Part shown: positions 1 to 8,522 of the stretch, piece after piece | How positions within the stretch are numbered: position 1 is the stretch's first letter | How the letters are laid out: every line of letters begins with the position of its first letter | Source: Eukaryota sp. TZLM1-RC | Taxonomy: Eukaryota > Protista > Metamonada: BaSk clade | NCBI GenBank assembly: GCA_040285825.1 | Contig: JAUPSS010000003.1 | Location: forward strand, 1,240,001 to 1,304,000 | Length of the DNA stretch: 64,000 nt | Reading direction: 5' to 3' | Translations under genes and position numbers: made by a program | The notes under the pieces: model-generated | Seen by the model: only the letters and a program-made list of their open reading frames with translations | Database searches by the model: none | Told to the model about the DNA's origin: nothing

Positions 1-664
1 GGGTTCTTTTTTTTGGTGTTCAACATGGTTTTATGTTTTTTATCTTTTGTATTTGTCATCAACTGTTTCCAAAAGACAGACAATACGTCAGTATCGATTG
101 ATGGGTGTTTCTGTAGAATCAGAACAATATCAATATTAGTTACAGAAGGAAAAATGTTTGTCGTTTTTCATAAGCTCCAATTTCAAATACAATTATATAT
201 CATTATTGAATTTTGTCGTATTTTCGTATTTGAAACATTGGTCGTGTTAATATTATATATCAACTGAGTAGTTACATCAGTAGTTACATCAAATAAGTCA
301 TCAATGATGGTCAATGTTCTGTGAATTTATTGAACATTACTGAAATAAACTCCAATTGAGGGAAGAAAAGATTCGGTGTAAAAAACCTTATAGAGTCACC
401 ATAAATAACCCATGTTTGAAAGACATTAAAAATGAAATTCTCATGTACCCACGACATTAATTTGATGATACTTGTTCTGAAAATTACAGCATTTTAGAAT
501 TTGAGGTTCAATTTTTTAATAGAATTTTTGAAAAACAAATGATAAATTTAATCTGATAATCCATTGTTTTGATCTTTAAATATGGCATTGATTATCTGGA
601 CATTCATTACTCAATAAACTCTTTTGTCATGAAAAAATGCTCTTGCAGAGGATTAAATAGTTTG

Positions 665-750
665 CTCGTCACGGGCTCGAGATACTTCATTGGAAACATC
701 GACAGTGATGGCAGCTCATGTAAATGGAGCAGTTAGCGTCAGATCTAACA
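665..750 (+). pseudogene. Very decayed Fanzor1 C-terminal fragment (family 2)
   Basis: tcacgggct...cagtgatggcagctcatgtaaatggagcagttag resembles 30584-30692 (tcacgggct...cagtaatggaagcacatgtaaaaggtggagatag). Confidence 0.4.
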
Positions 751-822
751 AGTAGAAGGTTCAGAACAGTGGGTACTAAGTTAGAATATTTTGCTATTCA
801 TTCATAATAAATAGTAGTGATC

Positions 823-1236
823 ATCGGTGTGATGGTGCGTTCGGTGCGGATTTTTTTCTCAGTGCGCACCCGATCACACGTTGTCAATTCACATTGTCAA
901 TTCATGCAATTCAGCGACTTGCTTCAGTGTGGTTGCTGTACCTTCAGCTTGTTTCTTTTGTTTCTTTGAGTGTTCTACAAGAATTGCAGAAGGCTTACCA
1001 CAGTTTTTTACAGTTTTTGGAGGATTTATATGTAAAATGTGAAACCCGCCTGGTTTTGCAACCAGTAAAGGTATGAGAGCAAGAAGGACACCTATATTGA
1101 CCATGGACTTGGTTGCCTTCACCATTAGTAGAAGGCTTCCTGATAGCTTCGAAGTAGTCATCTATGTTGGTTGATGAACAATCCTTATCCGTGTTGGAAC
1201 CAAGAGATATGGGTCATCGCACCTCCGAATACTGAT
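823..1236 (-). mobile_element. hAT-like transposon remnant with BED zinc finger
   Basis: Minus frame 1189-995 reads DYFEAI...YRCPSCSHTFTGCKTRRVSHF...C (BED-finger pattern); GGTGCG/CGCACC motifs cluster at 827-879 (imperfect inverted repeat) and about 1218-1235. Confidence 0.5.
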
Positions 1237-1329
1237 AGCATAGAATATATATCAAAAATTGTTTATTAATTTTTGTTGGATATAATTTGTTAGCAATTCC
1301 ATCCATGTTTTGCTTGGGCTCATCACAGA

Positions 1330-1465
1330 TGTTTGATATTTGATCAGTCTAATCACAGTATATATCACCTCTGTCATCAGTATCAAAATTATTCAATGAG
1401 AGTGTTTCTCTAAGCAAAGGCTCCTTAATACAAAAGATTCTTGTATTTCTTGAAATGTTAAAAAT
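1330..1465 (-). mobile_element. RLE non-LTR retrotransposon fragment (same family as 60950-63245)
   Basis: Reverse complement aligns by eye to about 62660-62795 (CIKEPLLRETLSLNNF.TDDRGD). Confidence 0.65.
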
Positions 1466-1504
1466 AATAAAAAAATTGAAAATGGAATTAATTCTCAATT
1501 AATG

Positions 1505-1900
1505 ACATCCATGTTTTGAAGCCATAGATGTGGTTGATACTGGCATATTCATGCTTTCCTCATAGTATAAAAAAAGTTTTCAGGGTAATTGATTTTGTAA
1601 GCTAGTAATAGACACACTGTTTCAATACTTTGCTTACCTCTGTCAACGTAATCACCAAGGAAAAGATAGTTTGCATCAGGGGGAAATCCTCCATACTCAA
1701 AAAGACGAAGATCAAAATACTGACCGTGTATGTCACCTTAAGTCATAAGGAGTGGGTTGTGAACTTACCGCAAGTTTTGATAGGTGCTTCCAGTTCGACA
1801 ACCACGGGCTGCGATAAAAATATTTACCTTACTCTGTGTATAAGACCGCGAACCTCGTTGTCTGACAACGTAACCTGTTTACCTGGATGTCTTGATAGTT
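1505..1900 (-). pseudogene. PP1: Protein phosphatase 1 catalytic subunit, 5' part, pseudogene with intron
   Basis: Minus strand: RHPGKQVTLSDNEVRGL..R*IFLSQPVVVELEAPIKTCG|[55 protein letters not shown](fs)[16 protein letters not shown]; two stops, one frameshift, truncated after YGF. Confidence 0.92.
1737..1768 (-). other. 32-nt spliceosomal intron in PP1 pseudogene
   Basis: GTAAGTTCACAACCCACTCCTTATGACTTAAG; removal restores TCG-DIHG. Confidence 0.9.
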
Positions 1901-2759
1901 TCTATAATGTTGTTTGTTGGCTTGGAGAAAATAGAGACCAAAAATAGGTAAGAATGTTAAGATTGATAGAGGAAAAGAAAGTTTCTCGACAAGTGAAGAA
2001 GAAGAGTGGGACACTTCGATAACAGTAACAGTTGAAGGGTAAATCGAGCTGATCCTGATGACCACTAATAGAGATACATTGGCTAGGCATTTGATATCAT
2101 TGTTGAAATTAGCAATCAATTTGAGATTGCAATCAGCATGTCAGACATCGTGTCAGACAGCGAGATTATCTTGACTCTTCCCAGTCTTCTAACATCAAGC
2201 AGCGAAACGAGAAAAAGGATGACGAGGTAACGTACCCAGTTCCCACATCCTCCTTCAACCTGTTCTTCACAGAATCTGTTCGTTCTGATCCTTCAGTGGG
2301 TGTAGAGTATATCACCTTTTTGAGTCATCTTGTGAGTCATGATATGGCTGCTGTTGAATCAACCATGGATATAATCACCTCAGCTATGGGTTGTTGTTGT
2401 TTGTGTTTATTTTGATTTTGTTGTTATTTTGATGTTTTTGATTTTGTTCATTTTTTTGGTTTAGGTAATTGCACCGTAAATATGGGATGTTGTGTCTTAA
2501 ATGGTTATTTTGATGATTATGTCTATAATTTATGTTTTCAATTCAGTAGCTTCCAACAATTTCTTTCAACAAACCCATTTTCTGTTGATTTAACAATGGA
2601 TGGAGATTTGAAGCAACTTCTGATCCGAAAAAGAGAAGATTTAATTGTAAATTAACTCCTCCATCAAAAATTATCAGAACAGCGATTTTTGACCAACATA
2701 ATTCAAAGCGTCAGCAAAAAAACAAAAATCACTGAACCGAGAAATTTGAATTATGAATA

Positions 2760-5700
2760 CAGTGTGAATATCGAGAACAGGAAGATTTGACAAAGAAACA
2801 ATTGAAGACGAATGTAGTCAAAAAAATTGAGCAAAATCATAGTGGCTTCAAGCCTGATCCTTTGATTCAATTTATATCATTGATCAAAAATCAAAATCTT
2901 CTCGCTGTCATGTGCTTTGATCTTGAAACTTATCGGGATGGTGGATGGTCATCTTTACCAACATCATGATGGCCAATTTCTCCCTCCTGATAAAAATATC
3001 AACATAAAGAGAAAAGAAGGTGTAAATCTTTTGAAAAAACAACTAATGAGCAAATGGATGAGCGGATTTCAGATCAAAAAATTTTGTGATTGCCATTGTT
3101 GTTGGAAGGTTTGACTACCATAATTTCTTTTTGGAGAGTAAATATTGACTTATATTGAGAATGAATTCTCAAATTAGCAGACTACCAGACATTGATATGG
3201 ATGCTCAGGCAGAAATTTTCTCTGACGAAAAAACCTTGCTTCGTAGGTTCTTCAACACTATTGTTAATCACCAACCTCATTGTTTTCTTAGTCACAATTT
3301 AATGCAGTTTGATTTGCAGGTTTTAAAAAATAGATTAAATTATTTTGATTTACAATTTCCCACTGTTTCACATGATACAGCAATTGATGCACTCAATCAA
3401 GTTTCACCAAGATGGAGAGAAATTGTCATCAGGGAAAATCGCTTTTTTCTTTTAAACACACTGGCATTTGCCAAAAAATTCATCGAAATTCAATATGGTC
3501 ATATTTTAGGCAATCTGACGTATAAATTGATTAGTGAAAAGAAAATCAAACTTCATCAGGAATTTATCAATATTTTACCTGTTGATTGTTTAGCCACTGC
3601 TTCACTTAGACAAAAGTTGATTCGATATGGGCTCCATGATTGTGTATAATGTCTCAAATTCTTTGTATTGATTCAAAAAGAAAAGTTCATTTTGCCATCT
3701 TATAAAACCATTCGTGCAACCGTTAACTCAATGGTTAAACATTCAAATGTGATACTCAAATTGAGAGAAACTGCTTCAAAATTTTAACAGTTACGAATTC
3801 ATACTATATGTTGCTTGAAGCTGTATTGACAGTCCCGATTTGAACGTAGTATACTACTACCACACATATTTGCCAAATTTTATTAATCATTAATGGTCAG
3901 AATTCGGTATATTTCAGCTGAGTTTTATAAGCACAAAATGGTAAAATCAAGAAGTGAATTTCCACATCATTTTGAAGACTTTGTTTACGGTCAAGGAGTT
4001 TATAGTATGAGAACTACCTTTGAACAAAAATTAAACAAAAAATTGGGTTCTCTTGATCACTTAGACACAAGCCTGAGTTTTTCCCACGATTTCCAACTGA
4101 TGGCTTCAGTAGACCACATAAGTATATGGCACCAGTAATGTTTGCCAATTTTGAGAATAATTTGAAATTAAATTATGAAAAACATATCAATCGTTTTATT
4201 AATGTTCACTTTGACAAAGTAGATGTGGAAAATGTGTTAGCAGAAATGCATAAGCTGGGTGGATACTCAACGCCATTATCTACAATGGTTTCACTGTATA
4301 CATTTAGGCTTCGTCAATTCAAAAACTTGTTTTTAGTTGATGATAGAGATTGCTTGAGTTCTTTGTTTCATCATCCTGAAAAGTTTTCAGACCTTCTGAA
4401 TGATGAATAATTCGATTTATGTGAACAACATGATATAAGAAATAATGAACGTGGAGACATATTTGAAGGTCTTCTTGAGCCATTTACTTGTCAAATTGAG
4501 AATTTGGTCACTGACGAGAATTCAGTGGATAACATATTTCCAGTGAATATACATTTTCTTGCAGACGCTGTTGAAAAAGATCCTCAAATATTCCTAAACC
4601 CAGCAATTACAATAGCCCTATTTCTCTTGTTTCAATTACTGTAGGTCCTGGATATTTGTTAATTGATACAAGAACAATATGTTGTTGTCGAACTTAAATT
4701 GAATTAGTAGGTTTCATTGTATTTTGACTGATGACGTGATACTCGTTTATGAATCAGTTTTATTAATAAACTCAGATTTCTCTCTCTCCTTCGTGTGTTC
4801 ATCTGCCTAACGGCATCAATAATTATTGGCCCTTCTTATTTCAGATGACTGTTCCCTCTGTTAACCTGACGTCTCTTTCTTCCATGAAAGTTGAAAGTGT
4901 TCTTCTGTTCCTATAGGAGTGAAAGATTTATTCTTCGGTGACTCCTAAGAAAGAGCTTGTTCCAGCAAGACTCTTGGTCGATTCTTTTCTGTTAGAGTCC
5001 CTATCTCTCCAGAAATCCGACGGCTGATCCAGTGACGATGTTCTTCTCAGACATCTACAATCTGTCGTATCGTTCGCCATGTACGAAGATTTTAGTCTGG
5101 CTATGTCAGAACTGATGCTTTATGTCCGTATTGGTGACGTCCGAGAACGTATGTCCTGTTACCTGCGACGTTTTTTTCCAGGTAAAGAGTAGGGCTTCCG
5201 GACTGAAGTTGCCAGACATAGCTTTTCTGAACCGATTTGCCAGAGGACTTCTTTTCGTAGGTATCCAACGTTCTCATACCATCGATGCACCGGAGAATTT
5301 AACAAACCCCATATCTCCCCTCTATTGAGCCAGTACTGTATTTGTCCTCAGAAAAATGGGAAAAAGTAGTGTTGTTGTCGAACTTAAATTGAATTAGTAG
5401 GTTTCATTGTATTTTGACTGATGACGTGATACTCGTTTATGAATCAGTTTTATTAATAAACTCAGATTTCTCTCTCTCCTTCGTGTGTTCATCTGCCTAA
5501 CGGCATCAAATATGGACAATTATTAGACAAACATTGATGGATGATTTGCTGCCTCAACAGAGATTAAAAATGGTCAATACTCAACTCATAGAGTCTAACG
5601 AAATGACAATCGAAGATGCAAACACCGAATTATCCGCATTTGCTGCCAATTCAGCAACTTTTATAGATTTTTCCAACTTTGTGGTTGCCAAACTTCGGCA

Positions 5701-6230
5701 CGTCTTTCTGACAATTGACTTTTACAGTCTTGACTTGTGGAGTATTCATGAAATGCAAGCTTTTATTCACAAGCAAAAGGCTGAAATTTGGTTGTTGAAA
5801 AATCTTGTTCAGCAGTATGGTAATCAAAAAGACACTTTAATACTAATGGGTGATTGTGGTAAAAGCGGCTCTAAAAACTTAAAACATCACAGACCTACTA
5901 GAGGCATTATATGGATTCAATTTCTGAACAGAAATGGATGCGAAGTATTGATGATTAATGAAGCTTTCACTTCAGCTGAATGTCCTGTTTGTTTTGAAAA
6001 GGTTGCTACGTTTTTGACAGTAACAAATCCCAGACTATATAAGAGAGAAATGACTCCTGTTACTACATGTCATGGTTTATTAGCTTGTAATATTGAGAGT
6101 TGTAAAATCAGTAACAAAGGCTCAACAAAGCTTCTTAATAGAAATAAGCTGGCTTGTCTGATTATGTTTGCAAATGCAAACAATTGCTGAAGTCAGAATG
6201 AGTGGTAATGAAAGGCCTCAGTATCTGTGT
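2760..6230 (+). pseudogene. Decayed DEDDy (PolB-type) exonuclease-Fanzor1 fusion ORF (Fanzor family 1, copy A), interrupted by an LTR element
   Basis: ExoI FDLET 2916-2930, ExoII HNLMQFD 3293-3313, ExoIII YGLHD 3626-3640; same frame continues into Fanzor1-like N-terminus (YKTIRATVNSM..., FENNLKLNYEKHINRFIN); C-terminus MGDCG, INEAFTS-CPVC, NPR, HGLLAC..C, NRNKLACL; RuvC-I lost by internal deletion near 5590. Confidence 0.75.
4680..5508 (+). mobile_element. Small non-autonomous LTR retroelement (TRIM-like, 829 bp)
   Basis: Identical 139-bp TG...CA LTRs at 4680-4818 and 5370-5508; 4-bp TSD AATA; PPT gaaaaatgggaaaaagtag before the 3' LTR; stop-riddled gag-like remnant inside. Confidence 0.92.
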
Positions 6231-6279
6231 AGATAGTTTTTGTAATTATTCCACACGAAGAATGATCGAATTTCAAATG

Positions 6280-6381
6280 AAAATAAAGTTTTATTCCTGG
6301 AACAGTCACATTTTACAACTTAGCAACAAACCTTAACTAATACTTTTTCTACTACAAACACCATCAACTAAATGACGGGTG
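6280..6381 (-). mobile_element. 102-bp insertion with 10-bp TSD, probably a 5'-truncated retrocopy
   Basis: ATTTCAAATG at 6270-6279 and 6382-6391; removal restores similarity to the 3' ends of Fanzor copies B and C; minus-strand end has AATAAA. Confidence 0.7.
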
Positions 6382-6566
6382 ATTTCAAATGTGGGAATTT
6401 CCCATAAAATCCACACTAGTATATACCAGTTTTGTTTGGTACATATTTTAGAGACAACCTAAATATACCAGTATGTATTTGTAAATCTTCCCTTCCCAAA
6501 TACTTCACCTCTACTCATCATTTTGTAGGACACCTATTTCATTTGTCATAAATAATATCTTCAACA

Positions 6567-7313
6567 ATGACACTGCAACATATACTGCTTGTTTCCAATG
6601 GAGGGAAACCACTATGGTATCATTCCTTTGTTGAAGCTGCTCTTAATCCATGCTTTCTGTCAGCTCTTCTTAGATCAATTATTGTTCGATCACAAGATGT
6701 CATTTCTTATTGTCCTGTTTTTCTTCAATGTGGAAATCTGTCTGTGTACATCTCTTGCAACTCCACAGCTACACTAGTCTTATTTATCAAAGAACAACAT
6801 ACTTGTCCTTCTCCTTTTTACCAGTTAATGTGTAGTAGGTGGCTCTCCACTACCTCTTCGTTTATTACTCCATCCGTCCTATCATTAGACTCTAAAACCT
6901 CCCAATTGTTTCCCCTTTTAACCTCTTCTCTTTCTTCTCTTATCATTGATCACGTTACGTCACGTGACCTCCCTTCTAATGTTCATCTTTCAGCTCTTTT
7001 ATCATGTACTTCACTCAACTCTCATGCTTCTGACCCATCTGCTGATACTTGTTCTCTGCGTTCGTTGCTCTTCAATGCTTGTCAAACCATCGATGCTGAT
7101 TGCATTGAGGTTAGACAAGGTGAATTTACTGTTGTTTATAAGAAATTAAGGTTTCCGTGCTTAATCCATGATTCTTTCACTCTGTTATCCAATTCAATTG
7201 ATTGGTGGCTATGTTTGGTTGGAATGGAAAGTAATATGGTGAGGGAGTTGGCTGCTGAAATGGTGTGCAAATTGAATAAGATTGGGGTAATTTCCGAACA
7301 GTTGAATTGGTAG
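6567..7313 (+). CDS. Hypothetical protein with longin-like N-terminal domain (Mon1/Fuz-type)
   Basis: 248-aa ORF, AACAATG start; HILLVSNGGKPLW...FLSALLRSI fits a longin beta-beta-alpha start. Confidence 0.6.
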   Translation: MTLQHILLVSNGGKPLWYHSFVEAALNPCFLSALLRSIIVRSQDVISYCPVFLQCGNLSVYISCNSTATLVLFIKEQHTCPSPFYQLMCSRWLSTTSSFITPSVLSLDSKTSQLFPLLTSSLSSLIIDHVTSRDLPSNVHLSALLSCTSLNSHASDPSADTCSLRSLLFNACQTIDADCIEVRQGEFTVVYKKLRFPCLIHDSFTLLSNSIDWWLCLVGMESNMVRELAAEMVCKLNKIGVISEQLNW

Positions 7314-7799
7314 TATTTTTTGAGAAGTTGTGGGTTTTTAAACCTTACGGGACTTTGTACATAATGCGTCTGTTGATTTAATATTAATTATCCAGTCATG
7401 GTAAGTAGTTTTGGTTTTGTTACATTATTTAATACAATTTCACTTCAATTGAACACGATTCAAGTGTTTTTTCCATATATGGATTAATCAAAGCTTGGTA
7501 TTTTTCTTTCACCCACAATTCTCGAAAATATATTAATAAACTTTCAGAATTTGTGTTGAAAGAACATTTGGTTATAGAAACATTTAAACATCAACTCGAA
7601 ATGGGTAACTTATTGGTTATAGAATTTGGAAGAACACCAATATCGTTTCAGAGATTCGACAGAAACTAGCTTCAAAGCTACGTAATGCTCTAGACGGCAA
7701 TGAGTTCACTGATTGTTAAACGGGTAAAGTATACGGTCTTCAAATGTGCCGTTTCAATTAATACTTTTTTGCAACAGAATATTGTTTGTTTCTATCCAT

Positions 7800-7975
7800 G
7801 CTAATTTTTAAAATAATGCTTTAAACATTCTTTCCCACACTCACTGCTGCAGTACCATTGGTCTACAATTATTATGAATATGAGAGTATGTAATCCTGTA
7901 CATGTTTAGAGCACTGTTAACATCCCTATCCCAATAGACGCCACATTCACTGTTTTGACAGTGTAGCAGTTCCAA
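7800..7975 (-). pseudogene. Fanzor1 C-terminal fragment (family 3)
   Basis: Minus strand: LLHCQNSECGVYWDRDVNSALNMYRI...CRP (Zn finger plus RuvC-III, 7901-7933). Confidence 0.85.
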
Positions 7976-8249
7976 ATAATTATAATTTATGGTGCAATCA
8001 ATGGTACATTTAGTCAGGGTCTTCTTTTAATTTATTTTTGGTCCATTTTTTCATATCAGAAATATAATTTTATTTCTTTGTAAAAGTAGTGAACATTTTA
8101 ACCAATCCTCACGTTTTTCCTTCATTTTTTCCCAAACAAGAGGGCAAACAAACAAAAATTTAATATATTCATACTTTATTTCCTGGTATTTCGAAACGAG
8201 AAATTGTTTGAATTAATTCTTTTCCCATTTTTGGTACAATGCGCCTTCA

Positions 8250-8448
8250 ATTTGTCAGAACGAATTGTATTTTCATCTGTTAAAGTTGTTGTCCCCTTAT
8301 TATATTCTGCTTTGTTATCTGTTGGTCGTTTTTATGAAGCAAAAACTTTTAGTCAATTATTTTTTGGCTGATTTGGGATATGAAGTTTTAGAATGCAAAG
8401 TTTGTTGTTTAGTTTTTTGTTGGAATAAATTAAATTGTTAAAAAAAAG
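8250..8448 (+). mobile_element. 3' end of RLE non-LTR retrotransposon
   Basis: Similar to the 3' end of the 15831-18615 element (RIVFS..., ttggctgatttggg); ends in AATAAA and an A-run. Confidence 0.7.
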
Positions 8449-8522
8449 ATTTGAGCACAAGAAATTTGTTCTCCTTTGATTGACTTTGACTTCCACACAT
8501 CCTGCTTTCCTTTTAGACACAA

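Noticed and set aside
268-291. 12-bp tandem duplication AGTAGTTACATC
   Set aside because: Two copies only; ordinary slippage
1630-1947. 105-aa plus-strand ORF
   Set aside because: Antisense shadow of the PP1 pseudogene
2140-2415. GC-richer open stretch (…VTYPVPTSSFNLFFTES…MGCCC)
   Set aside because: No clear start or recognisable domain; cannot be supported
3647-3886. Stop-codon reassignment allowing readthrough of the exo-Fanzor
   Set aside because: Host genes end in TAA, TAG and TGA and have no internal stops; copy C has sense codons at two of these sites
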